From a virus (Duplodnaviria; Caudoviricetes), in the IMG/VR virus record IMGVR_UViG_3300016649_000097, positions 1-64,000 of that record: a stretch of DNA of 64,000 bases. One strand, written 5' to 3'. The notes under the pieces are model-generated. The model worked only from the letters and a program-made list of their open reading frames with translations. It did not search any database and was not told where the DNA came from. The position numbers and the translations under genes were made by a program. This document shows, in pieces, positions 29,310 through 38,887 of this stretch. Position 1 is the first letter of the stretch, and each line of letters starts with the position of its first letter.

Positions 29310-29756
29310 TTAAGAAAACTGCTGAGGATTTAGGTTGTTGCTCTTCATTAGGCCCTCAAATCTTTCGCCCAACTCCTTGTCATGAGTCATAGTCTGTTGA
29401 CGATAATGGTCCAGTTCAGAACGAAGTTTTGGCATATGTCTAGAGAACGCCTTAGTAATGGGATGCTTTTCACCTAAGTTGTAATGTGCTACCTGATGAC
29501 CTGACGAAAGAGCGTCATAGACATGTCCCATGTGAGTTGAGGCTTCTGAGTAATTCCTCTCTTCATGTGCCTGATTAGCAAAGGTATGGTGCATGTTGGC
29601 TGCATCTAGATACTTTTTTAAATAGACTGAAGTAACTGCGGCATGAGTGCCTTGTGTAGGTTTGTTGTTTTCTAAAGAGTACTGAATACCACCGACCAAG
29701 GCTCCAAATCTCCAGTGAGCCTTGTCCTTATCCATAGGACCGCTAAGAGGATTCAT
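29310..29756 (-). CDS. His-rich helical protein ending in NLNPQQFS
   Basis: 148-aa ORF coupled to upstream stop. Confidence 0.7.
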   Translation of the reverse strand: MNPLSGPMDKDKAHWRFGALVGGIQYSLENNKPTQGTHAAVTSVYLKKYLDAANMHHTFANQAHEERNYSEASTHMGHVYDALSSGHQVAHYNLGEKHPITKAFSRHMPKLRSELDHYRQQTMTHDKELGERFEGLMKSNNLNPQQFS

Positions 29757-29933
29757 TTAATCCCCTTCGTAACCTCGATAAGAACCTTCATACTCATCAA
29801 ACTCACCCTTACGAGCATCTGGCTTGAATGGAGTTTTTAATGCCTCAGAAAGGTCTTCACCATAAGGCAAACGAGAAATTTCATCAGGATTGTGATAATC
29901 CTCGAATTGACGACCTAGGTTTCTTCTTGCCAT
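29757..29933 (-). CDS. 58-aa protein starting MARRNLGRQF
   Basis: My translation; not in ORF track; abuts next ATG. Confidence 0.7.
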   Translation of the reverse strand: MARRNLGRQFEDYHNPDEISRLPYGEDLSEALKTPFKPDARKGEFDEYEGSYRGYEGD

Positions 29934-29977
29934 TCCCCAAGGATATGGCTACTGCCTCAAAAATTTAGCGTGAAATC

Positions 29978-30115
29978 TTATTTCTTAGGGGAGGTACGAG
30001 GATATGGTTCGACTTTCGCCTTGATTGTTCCATCTTTTCTTAGGCGAACAATCCAACCATCTTTAATCTGGGTCTTATTAAAGCCTCTGTGGACTTTTAA
30101 CTTACCTGAACTCAT
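29978..30115 (-). CDS. 45-aa basic protein
   Basis: My translation MSSGKLKVHRGFNKTQIKDGWIVRLRKDGTIKAKVEPYPRTSPKK; overlaps upstream stop. Confidence 0.6.
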   Translation of the reverse strand: MSSGKLKVHRGFNKTQIKDGWIVRLRKDGTIKAKVEPYPRTSPKK

Positions 30116-30357
30116 TTTTGTCCCCTAACGAGATTGATACACGAATCAATTACTTTAAAGATGGTCTGCTCTACTTCATCAATGGGTGGAGGTGGAGGAT
30201 ACAGCCCCTCAAGTTCTTGGGCGATTAATACTCGCTCTTCTTGACGAGCCTTAGATAGGCGTTGGCAGTCAAAACAGGCTCCCTTGAAGGACTTACCCCT
30301 GTCGTCATTGGCGAATCTGCAAAACTTGTCGTGCTTCATAGCCGCGAAGACTAACAC
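30112..30357 (-). CDS. Hypothetical protein
   Basis: 81 aa; C-x-CFDC motif. Confidence 0.55.
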   Translation of the reverse strand: MLVFAAMKHDKFCRFANDDRGKSFKGACFDCQRLSKARQEERVLIAQELEGLYPPPPPIDEVEQTIFKVIDSCINLVRGQK

Positions 30358-30419
30358 ATTGGCGGCCTTCGGCTACTGCCTAGCCCCAAACCCTCCACCT
30401 ATGTCTTTCACCTGGCTGT

Positions 30420-31880
30420 TCTTCCGGCGATTCTCGCTTAATGGTGGGGGGGGTTATGTAATTTTTTATTTGATGACACTTACCACCTGACTACTAATCA
30501 GGTGGTAATTGTTCAACTCATGCTCAATTTATTTATTATTAAATAGTTTGGTGACAACTTTGGTGACAATAACTTTGGCTACTGTCTATTTAGCAACAAG
30601 GTTCGTGCGACCACTACCAAGTCATCAGACCACTTGGCTAGTTGTTATCAGGTAGTTAGCACCGGACTAGTTGTTATCACTTGCTACTCGCTTCGCGTTG
30701 CTATGTGAATCTATACAACTAACTAACTAACAATCTGTTATGTGTAGATAGTTACTATGACTAACTCAGTTATTCTTCTCAGTAATAGCCAAGTAACTCA
30801 CATAGCAATTCCTGGAATTAGCCACCTGAGATAAGTAGTTACTTATTCCGGTCTTCTCTTCAGGTGACGGGTAGTTAGTTAGTAACTTGGGATTCCGCCA
30901 GAGTAGTTACTTACTTGGATTCTCCTACCGGCTATTGCTATGCGTAGTTACTTATTCGACAGCGTGGCTATGTGATTATCTATCTATTACTAAAGTGTTT
31001 ATTTGTATTAGGTATTTCTATTATCTATTTATGTATCTATTACATTCTTTGTATTAGTCATTACTGAAAAGAAAAACTCTTTGGCGCGATTAGTTATGTG
31101 GGGGCGCACGCGTAAGGGCTAAGTAACTATTCGCAAGGGGGCGTGGTGCTTGGGGCGAGTTAGTTGAACTTTCAACCAAGTCACTTGGGGGCTAGGGGCT
31201 AGATATGCGTAAAACGCCTATAAACAGGCGTGTAGAACTCAGTTGGTCTTTATGGCATAATTGGCTCAGCGCACGCGCCAAGCGTGGGTCGGAAAAGAAG
31301 CACCAATCCGAGTGATTCCGATTCACTAGTAGGCAGAAGTGAAAAAGGCTAAACGCACTAGCACTAGCGGTGTATCTGTTAATAGAACTTCGGTTCGCGG
31401 TTGATAACCAAAACAGAGTGACGAAATAACTAGAAGCGTTTAATTAAATAGAGGCTAAGAAGAACGCGATTACTGTGTGAGTTCTACGAGTGAAATAAAA
31501 AAATACTTTGTTACTAGTAGTGATGATTCCTATTACTAACGGCTCGTATTAAAAACAAAGAGAGAACTTTGACTCACGCACATTCGGTGTAACTACCTAA
31601 CGATTATGAAAATAATTGTGAATAGCGTTTGGCTTAGAAGAGAGTTACGGAAAGTTGTGTAACTCAATTAGTCATTACTCATGGATTGCTAATAACAATT
31701 AGTGCCGACAGTAACCAATCTGTAATAAGAACAATGAAGGTAATGACTAAACGAGTTATTCATACTTAGTAATTCCGCTATGTGTTTAAGAACTTTATGT
31801 TCTTACTGTGATTGTCATTCATACCGATTCAGCGAATGAGATTGAATGACAATCGCGGTATCTACATAGGAAAGAGGAAA
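30420..31880. other. Long non-coding, repeat-rich divergent region
   Basis: No ORF of 60 aa or more; 11-bp inverted repeat 30480-30508; CTAGTTGTTATCA at 30638 and 30667; TAGTTACTTA three times plus one inverted copy. Confidence 0.8.
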
Positions 31881-31884
31881 CACA

Positions 31885-32058
31885 ATGGCAAACACATACA
31901 CAATCGGTGATTTATTCACCTCTACAAAGTCACAAGTGACAGGAATTATCGAAGAGATTATTCCGGTGCGTGATGACCTAGTGAAAGTTAGGTTGAATGT
32001 TGAAGGCGAAACTCGCTGGACTACATGGACACCTGATGTCGAGCCAATAACTGAATAA
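31885..32058 (+). CDS. 57-aa SH3-like small protein, first gene of plus-strand island
   Basis: My translation MANTYTIGDLFTSTKSQVTGIIEEIIP...VKVRLNVEGETRWTTW; GAGG RBS. Confidence 0.7.
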   Translation: MANTYTIGDLFTSTKSQVTGIIEEIIPVRDDLVKVRLNVEGETRWTTWTPDVEPITE

Positions 32059-32094
32059 CAACTAAATACCAATCAACTAATACAAGGAGAAATA

Positions 32095-32388
32095 ATGAAC
32101 CCTATGTTTGATTTCAGCGCAAAAGAAATCGGCATGATTCAGATGAGTATTAGCGCAATCGCGCAAACTACTCAGCACGCAATTAGTGAAGGCGCAACTC
32201 CACCTGACGGCTTCATGGAAACTATCGAATCGGTAGTACATAAACTCAACCTTGTTGTTGAGGCGCGTATCGAAAACGATAATCAGTTCGAGTCAATCGT
32301 TGAGGCGAAACTTCAAGATGTTGAAGAGGCACTAATGATTATTAGCCAAGACCCAACGATTGAAACAGAACAAATAATCTACGAATAA
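32095..32388 (+). CDS. Hypothetical helical protein
   Basis: AAGGAG RBS, 97 aa. Confidence 0.7.
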   Translation: MNPMFDFSAKEIGMIQMSISAIAQTTQHAISEGATPPDGFMETIESVVHKLNLVVEARIENDNQFESIVEAKLQDVEEALMIISQDPTIETEQIIYE

Positions 32389-32542
32389 CTTTCTGTCACT
32401 AACAGACACCGCTTGAAACGAGAACAGGTGCTAGCGAGATTCCACGACCTGCCTTCTCTGTTAGTGACAGATTCTTTTTAATACACAACTTAATAACAAC
32501 TTAATAATCCAAATACAAACAATCACCTAGAGAAAGAAAACA

Positions 32543-33907
32543 ATGACTACAACGCAATACGGCGTATTACTCGCCTCACAACCTGCTGATGTAACACTCA
32601 CACGACAAGTTGTTATCGCAAAGATAGATAACGAGATTGTCTGCTACTCACGCCTTACGAATGGCAAGCAAGGCAAACAGAACGCATGGGTAAAAGGCGC
32701 GTTCAAGTTTGATAGTGGCGAGCCACTAATCGGTGAGCCGGTTTCAATTCCGATAACACAGAATGATGTTGATGATTACAAAGAGAACGACATTCCAAGA
32801 GTTCTCATTCAGAAACTAATTCGTAAGCACTCTTTATCAGACCAATCACTAACTGATGAAGCGATTAGTGTCGCTGATTCAATATGGGAAGCGTTTGATA
32901 ATGACCCTGCTTCACTTGCTAAGTTCTTCGTTGATAATCGCGGTCAAAGAGTTACTAAGGGCTCTGTTGTATCGCACGATTCTGTTATTCAGATTCGTCA
33001 CGCAACTTCACAGGTCGCACAATCACTTGTTGATAGTGAAGAGCGTTCTCTGTATCTACCAAGTGTTACTGAGTTCTCTCATTACATTCAGCGAAAGTTT
33101 GCTGGTGATGTTGATGAATTAACTATGTATCAGTTCGCACTTGCTAACAAGATGAATGTTCTTCTTTACGGAGATGCCGGAACAGGTAAGACTTCATCTT
33201 CCATGTGGATTGCTTCATTACTTGGGCTTCCATACTTTGCGATTCCTTCTAACTCTGCTCTTGATTACACGCAGATTGTTGGCGGTTATGTTCCAAACGC
33301 TAACGGCTCGTTGTCATGGACAGACGGCGCGGTAACTCGCTTAGTTCGTAATGGTGGCGTTCTTCTTATCGGTGAAGTAAATACACTCGCTAAGAATGTT
33401 CAGCAGTTCCTAATGCCATTACTTGACTACCGCCGGTCAATTACAGTTATGGAGAATGGCAACGAAGTTATCAAGGCGCACGACAACTTGTTAATTATCG
33501 CTGACATGAATCCAAACTATCGTGGCACTCAATTACTCAACGAAGCATGGAAAGACCGCTTCGAGATTAAATTGAACTTCGGTTATGACCGCGCTATTGA
33601 GAAGAAGATTCTCAAATCAGAATCACTACTCGACCTTGCCTATGGCATGAGGTCGCGTTCTCGTGGTGCTGACAATCATTACTCCGGTGACAACAACACA
33701 ATCTTTGATACGCCGGTTTCAACTCGTATTCTCAAAACTTTCGAGAAGTTAGCAACGGAATTGTCATTCGATTTCGCTTGTGAAGTCTTTGCGAATAACT
33801 TTGATGAGAACGAGCGACCAGCAGTTAAGTTGTTGCTCGAATCAAATGCTTACAACCTTCAATCAGATTTAGGTTTGATTGAAACTACTTCTACAACTTC
33901 GGCTTAG
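32543..33907 (+). CDS. MoxR/CbbQ-type AAA+ ATPase
   Basis: GDAGTGKT, LLIGEVN, MNPNYRG, AWKDRF, STR. Confidence 0.9.
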   Translation: MTTTQYGVLLASQPADVTLTRQVVIAKIDNEIVCYSRLTNGKQGKQNAWVKGAFKFDSGEPLIGEPVSIPITQNDVDDYKENDIPRVLIQKLIRKHSLSDQSLTDEAISVADSIWEAFDNDPASLAKFFVDNRGQRVTKGSVVSHDSVIQIRHATSQVAQSLVDSEERSLYLPSVTEFSHYIQRKFAGDVDELTMYQFALANKMNVLLYGDAGTGKTSSSMWIASLLGLPYFAIPSNSALDYTQIVGGYVPNANGSLSWTDGAVTRLVRNGGVLLIGEVNTLAKNVQQFLMPLLDYRRSITVMENGNEVIKAHDNLLIIADMNPNYRGTQLLNEAWKDRFEIKLNFGYDRAIEKKILKSESLLDLAYGMRSRSRGADNHYSGDNNTIFDTPVSTRILKTFEKLATELSFDFACEVFANNFDENERPAVKLLLESNAYNLQSDLGLIETTSTTSA

Positions 33908-33917
33908 AAAGGTAATC

Positions 33918-35855
33918 ATGTCACTACCGGAACTAACAGAGTTCGCAAAGTTAGCGAATGACATTCTGTTGGAAGAAGAAGAGCGCAATCGCGCTCGTGT
34001 CGAGCGACTAACTCGATACTTCTCTCGCGTTAATTCCGCACTTACATTCCGCGAAATTAAAGTGAAGGTTGAATCTTCTACGATTGAAGCACCTGCTTGG
34101 TCGGGTGCTTCTGACATAACTCTCAACTCACGACTCATTAACGACTTTAATAATGGCGTTAATGTTGCGAATCTTCGTGGGCTTAACTTCCACGAGTTGT
34201 CGCACATTCTCTATACACCTAGACATGGTTCAGAGATTGTTACTTGGGTTAATGAGAACAAGTATCGCTTGGCGTTTAATGCGTTGGAAGACCAACGAAT
34301 CGAAACACTATTCACCGCACGATTCCCTTCCACTACGGATTGGTTCGTTGTAACTGTTCTGACTTACTTTGTTAATGACGAAAAACAATTCCAAACTTCT
34401 TATCCGTTGCTTCGTGGTCGTAAGTATCTGCCACTAGAAGTTCGTGAGAAGTCGCGTGAGTTGTTTCCATTCCAAGATAAGTTAGATGAAATCTGTGAAA
34501 TCGTTGATGAATACAGAACGCTGGTGTATCCACTCGACACAGAGCGTGGCAAAGTTCTTATTGAACGATTCCACAATCTAATTGGCTCGTTGCCTCAGCA
34601 TGGTGACGGCGGTAATGGTGACGGCGGTAATGGTGAATCCAAAGACGGAGAATCTTCTACTGTTGATTACAACGACCTAACTGATGAACAGAAACAACAG
34701 GTAAGGAACGCTAGACCTGCTGACGGCAGTAATGGCGCACCGACTACGACAATCCTTAACTGTCCATTCGGTCATGGTGACAGACCAACGGAAGGTATCG
34801 AGCCTTCGATACATTCACGACCACAGACACCGAAGAATCAGAAGCGTGATAGCGAACGCGCAAAGCAATTAGATAAAGCGATTCAAGATGAAGCGCAAAC
34901 TTCACAATCGCAATCTAAAGATTCGCAATCGCAATCACCTTCTCAACAAGGTGGTAACTCTGCCGGTAACACAGGTTCTCTTACTGAGATTCTGAAAACC
35001 GCGATAAGTGATGTTATGGATAAGGAAAGTGTCGCTAATGAAATCACCGAGATTATTCGCGTGATGAAAGGGCTACCTTCTCTTTCTAGTAACAATCTCA
35101 CAGAGCCCGACCTTGCTTCATACGCAAAAGCAATTCCTGATTCCAAGACACTTTCTACTTCCGTTTCATTCGCTCGTGAATTGGAACGATTGAAAGCAAA
35201 GTTCGACCCTGCTTGGGATAAGTATGAATCGCGTGGCAAACTAAACGCACAACGATTCGTTCGTGGTGATGATTTAGATACTGTCTTTGATACTTGGAAT
35301 GAAGGTCGAGAAGACGCTACTGAAATTGAGTGCGTAATCATTCTCGACAAGTCCGGTTCTATGGGCGGTAACAAAGCAACTCAGGCTTATCGCGCTATGT
35401 ATGCGATTAAGTATGCGCTCGACAAAATCGGTGCTAACTGTTCTGTTATCACTTTCAATCACGAAGCAGAAGTTCTTTATCGCGCAAGTGACAAAGCAAC
35501 TTCATTCATTCGTGATAGTGGTGCTGACGGCGGAACTAACGCCGAATACGCGGTGCGCTACGCAACTAAGTTGCTTGCTGAATCAGATAAGCCGGTCAAG
35601 TTGTTCTTCGCAATAACTGACGGCGAATGGTCTGATAGTGAGGCGTGTGACGGAGAGATTAAGAAACTATCTCGTGCCGGTGTTCTCACCGCGTTCGCTT
35701 ACATTCCTGAACACAACGAAGAGGTTGTATTGACTCACGAGAAAGCGCATTACGCAGATGTCGCTTCTGTGATTCGCAATCCATTCGATTTAGTTGGTAT
35801 GGCTCGCACAATCGTTCGTAACGCGATTACTCGCAGAGTTACTTCCAACGCTTAG
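33918..35855 (+). CDS. VWA-domain protein with N-terminal HExxH
   Basis: HELSH, NALEDQRIE; MIDAS DKSGSM, GGT, ITDGE; start ATG 33918. Confidence 0.88.
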   Translation: MSLPELTEFAKLANDILLEEEERNRARVERLTRYFSRVNSALTFREIKVKVESSTIEAPAWSGASDITLNSRLINDFNNGVNVANLRGLNFHELSHILYTPRHGSEIVTWVNENKYRLAFNALEDQRIETLFTARFPSTTDWFVVTVLTYFVNDEKQFQTSYPLLRGRKYLPLEVREKSRELFPFQDKLDEICEIVDEYRTLVYPLDTERGKVLIERFHNLIGSLPQHGDGGNGDGGNGESKDGESSTVDYNDLTDEQKQQVRNARPADGSNGAPTTTILNCPFGHGDRPTEGIEPSIHSRPQTPKNQKRDSERAKQLDKAIQDEAQTSQSQSKDSQSQSPSQQGGNSAGNTGSLTEILKTAISDVMDKESVANEITEIIRVMKGLPSLSSNNLTEPDLASYAKAIPDSKTLSTSVSFARELERLKAKFDPAWDKYESRGKLNAQRFVRGDDLDTVFDTWNEGREDATEIECVIILDKSGSMGGNKATQAYRAMYAIKYALDKIGANCSVITFNHEAEVLYRASDKATSFIRDSGADGGTNAEYAVRYATKLLAESDKPVKLFFAITDGEWSDSEACDGEIKKLSRAGVLTAFAYIPEHNEEVVLTHEKAHYADVASVIRNPFDLVGMARTIVRNAITRRVTSNA

Positions 35856-35955
35856 GTGTCACTCTCTAGGTGACAAGGTGTGGGGCGTATTCATTACGCC
35901 TCACACTTCCAATTACAAACAATCCAATTACAAACTAATCAGGAGAAATAAAAAG

Positions 35956-36570
35956 ATGAAGTTCAACGAACTACAAGTCGGTGTCGAATACGCGGTCATT
36001 CCTTCATGGCAGTATTCATCACGAGAAAAGAAAGACCCTAATCAAGTTAGAAGAAATGATGTTGAGAAAACAACTCTCGTTAATCTAACTAAATACGAAT
36101 ACAAGGTGTATCGCGCTGATAGAGCAGACCACCCTGAGTTCGTTCAAGCACCGCAAGGCTCGCGTTCTGTCGGTTATCTAGTGACCGCTAGTGACGGAAT
36201 GAACTCTCCGGTCTATTGGCTCGCACGACCACAAGACATTGTGGAACGCTGGTCAGTTCTCGAACCAATATGGCAAGAGAAGGAACGCCTAGAACAAGCA
36301 CGACAGGCAGAAGAGAAGAGAAAGCGTGAAGCAGAAGAAGCGCAACGCCAACTTATCTTGGAGAACCGCGCTCGCTTAGAGAAATCAACTCTTGAATCTC
36401 TACAAGCGATTCTCGGTGGTCGTGCTAATCCGCAAAATCTTTCATTCGATACTCGTAGTTCTCGTGACTCGAATGGCAATTACAAAGAAATAAATACTGT
36501 CCGATTCGATTTGGAATTGGCGCAAATACTTATTGAGAAGTGCCTAGAAGCAAAGGAGATAGTGGGCTAA
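35956..36570 (+). CDS. Hypothetical protein
   Basis: Start MKFNEL after AGGAG; coiled-coil middle. Confidence 0.75.
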   Translation: MKFNELQVGVEYAVIPSWQYSSREKKDPNQVRRNDVEKTTLVNLTKYEYKVYRADRADHPEFVQAPQGSRSVGYLVTASDGMNSPVYWLARPQDIVERWSVLEPIWQEKERLEQARQAEEKRKREAEEAQRQLILENRARLEKSTLESLQAILGGRANPQNLSFDTRSSRDSNGNYKEINTVRFDLELAQILIEKCLEAKEIVG

Positions 36571-37205
36571 TGACAACTGACACAAACGCACCGGAGATTG
36601 GGGCAACTCAATCTCCGGCTAATACAAAAGTTCGTAATGAGTCTTTCTATTTAGAGAGATTCAAAAGTTGCGTTGCTCGTTCTTACGCCGTTAATGGTCG
36701 AATCGTTGATACAGATTACTTCTGTGAAATCTACAAAGGATTCGCCATAGTTACATGGAAGCAAGAGTGGAATAATGTAAATAATGGAACGCGAATCAAG
36801 TTCAGTAACTATGTGTGGGAAGTCGGTGGTGTATTCGACCACCTAGAAAATCTTGGGTGGATTGCTCAGGGTTGTGTCGTTACCGGATACAACGCTGATA
36901 CCCAAGAGAAGGCATTGAAGAAGGCAAGGAAACGAGTTGATTTACTTGCCGAGATATATTCACACAAGAGCGAACTAATGGGTCTTTCTCAAATGTGGTT
37001 ACCGCGTGGTGTTACAACTGTAACTCCGGTCTATAACGCTTTGATTGGTGATGTTGTTGCCATTCGTGCCTTTGGTAGAGCGCGACTTGGAAAGATTGTG
37101 AAGTTAGTTGGTAGTCGCTTTGTTGTTGCTTACATGACTCCAAGTAACACGCACGACATTCATTACAAAACACTTCCCCTATCTCAAATCTATCCAAAGG
37201 ATTAG
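36570..37205 (+). CDS. Hypothetical protein with C-terminal SH3/KOW-like region
   Basis: TAATG coupling; IGDVVAIRAFGRARLGKIVKL. Confidence 0.7.
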   Translation: MTTDTNAPEIGATQSPANTKVRNESFYLERFKSCVARSYAVNGRIVDTDYFCEIYKGFAIVTWKQEWNNVNNGTRIKFSNYVWEVGGVFDHLENLGWIAQGCVVTGYNADTQEKALKKARKRVDLLAEIYSHKSELMGLSQMWLPRGVTTVTPVYNALIGDVVAIRAFGRARLGKIVKLVGSRFVVAYMTPSNTHDIHYKTLPLSQIYPKD

Positions 37206-37207
37206 AC

Positions 37208-37387
37208 ATGGCTACCAAACTAACTCGTAGAGGTTGGATTGTTCTAGTAATCATTCCGGCTATCTTCATTACAATCTTTGTTTCATGGGCTACTCGTGAT
37301 GTTTGCTATGTAGGTGACAAGCCTTATGCGAACGCTCTTGGTTATGGCTCATGTCAGAAATTACTTGAAGAGTTGGTGAATAAATGA
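37208..37387 (+). CDS. 59-aa membrane protein
   Basis: My translation MATKLTRRGWIVLVIIPAIFITIFVSW...C...C. Confidence 0.65.
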   Translation: MATKLTRRGWIVLVIIPAIFITIFVSWATRDVCYVGDKPYANALGYGSCQKLLEELVNK

Positions 37388-37479
37388 TTATTACAATCTT
37401 TGTATTAACAATCTTAGCGACTCTTATCGGGGTCGCTATTGGAACTTCGTTCGACATGATTGAAGGAGAACACGAATGA
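37384..37479 (+). CDS. 31-aa TM peptide
   Basis: My translation MIITIFVLTILATLIGVAIGTSFDMIEGEHE; ATGA overlaps at both ends. Confidence 0.55.
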   Translation: MIITIFVLTILATLIGVAIGTSFDMIEGEHE

Positions 37480-38030
37480 CTAAAACAAAAGTTTGTAGTC
37501 ATTGTAAAACTCGCAAGCCATTGACTTCATTCAATCGCAAGCGTTCTACTCGTGGCGAATTAGGTAACACACAACCCTATTGCCGACCATGCCAAAGCGA
37601 GCGACAGAAGACTTACTATCGAAAAGATACTAAGGCGCAATTACAAAGAATGTATAAGAATCGTAAGAGGCGTAAGAAAGAGATTCATTCTTATCTTGCG
37701 ACTTACTTCGCAAAGAACAGTTGCGTTGATTGTTCTAAAAAGAAACTTCGCGTTAAGAAATTACTTAAAGGCAAAGTTCCTACTTCGACAATCAACCAAG
37801 TAATTGCGACTATGGATTCTGACATTCGCAACCTAACCTTCGACCACCTTCACACAAGGGGCGAGAAGGAATACACAATCGCTGACATGATTCGTGACAT
37901 TCAACCATTACACAAGATTAAAAAAGAAATACAAAAGTGCGTAGTGCGTTGCCATAACTGTCACGACACAATAACTGTGAAGCGTGCTAAGAATTGGAGA
38001 TACCACGCCCACAAACAATTAACTAAATAA
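37476..38030 (+). CDS. HNH endonuclease
   Basis: CSHC...CRPC N-terminus; CVDC...FDHLH...CVVRCHNCH. Confidence 0.8.
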   Translation: MTKTKVCSHCKTRKPLTSFNRKRSTRGELGNTQPYCRPCQSERQKTYYRKDTKAQLQRMYKNRKRRKKEIHSYLATYFAKNSCVDCSKKKLRVKKLLKGKVPTSTINQVIATMDSDIRNLTFDHLHTRGEKEYTIADMIRDIQPLHKIKKEIQKCVVRCHNCHDTITVKRAKNWRYHAHKQLTK

Positions 38031-38037
38031 CAAACTT

Positions 38038-38185
38038 ATCTAGTGAAGGTCAAGGTTTATGACCTTTGTAGGTTTCTTCATTATTCCTACAAACTAATTC
38101 AAGACCAAGAGCAACCATGACCTTACAAGGGGCTTCAAGAACTCCTTTCGACCTTGTAAGTGAGTTGTATCTGCCTTCACTAGAT
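38038..38185 (+). ncRNA. Candidate multi-stem structured RNA
   Basis: 12-bp closing stem 38038-38049/38174-38185 enclosing 8-bp (38065-72/38086-93) and 9-bp (38122-30/38152-60) stems. Confidence 0.5.
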
Positions 38186-38209
38186 TCCAAAACAAAGAGA
38201 GGGAAATAA

Positions 38210-38887
38210 ATGCCAAATTATTGCTATAACAATCTTTACATTACTGTTGAAGACAATAAACAGTTAGACAAAATCATTCAAGGGATTACTAACAATTCAG
38301 AACAACTCTTTGACTTTAATCGAATCATTCCGATACCGGAAGAACTTGCTAATACCAGCGCACCGAACAGAACTAATCCAATTACATTAAGAGATAAATA
38401 TGGATTCTCTGATTGGTATGAATGGCGTTGCGCTAATTGGGGAACTAAGTGGAACGCTTCTGAAGTTGAATTGAATCTTGAAACACCTGAGCAGATTTAC
38501 ATTAAGTTCCAAACGGCATGGTCACCGCCTATTCCGGTAATTAAAAAGATTGCTGAGATGTTTCCATTCGCTTATCTAACTTTGGATTGGGAAGAGGAAA
38601 GCGGTTACTACGGCAGAACAGAGTTCGCTAAAGGCGTTATGACTTTCGACATGGAAGGTGAAATGGATTGCGCTTACCGGATTGAGAATTGGGGAGATTG
38701 TCACCCTGATTGTGAAAACTGTGGTGAGTGTGATTGTGAGATTTGTAATTGCCCGAATCGTTCTATACAAACAATTTGTAGTTCCTGTAATTCAGGAGAA
38801 CACGCAATATCAGAAGAAAGGAAAGAAAATGAGGAAAGTCAGACCGCTACGGAATCTGCCTTCATCACAACCGAAGAGAGCAACTAA
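38210..38887 (+). CDS. DUF1281/YubB-like ferredoxin-fold protein with Cys-rich tail
   Basis: MPNYCYN, FDFNRIIP, WYEWRCANWGTKWNA, FQTAWSPP. Confidence 0.8.
   Translation: MPNYCYNNLYITVEDNKQLDKIIQGITNNSEQLFDFNRIIPIPEELANTSAPNRTNPITLRDKYGFSDWYEWRCANWGTKWNASEVELNLETPEQIYIKFQTAWSPPIPVIKKIAEMFPFAYLTLDWEEESGYYGRTEFAKGVMTFDMEGEMDCAYRIENWGDCHPDCENCGECDCEICNCPNRSIQTICSSCNSGEHAISEERKENEESQTATESAFITTEESN

Noticed and set aside
30480-31130. Possible CRISPR array or mini-array
   Set aside because: Repeats are 10-13 bp, irregularly spaced and in both orientations; the Cas4-like gene is a solo phage exonuclease 26 kb away.
34600-34636. Tandem 15-bp repeat in the VWA gene
   Set aside because: In-frame GDGGN linker duplication, consistent with simple slippage.
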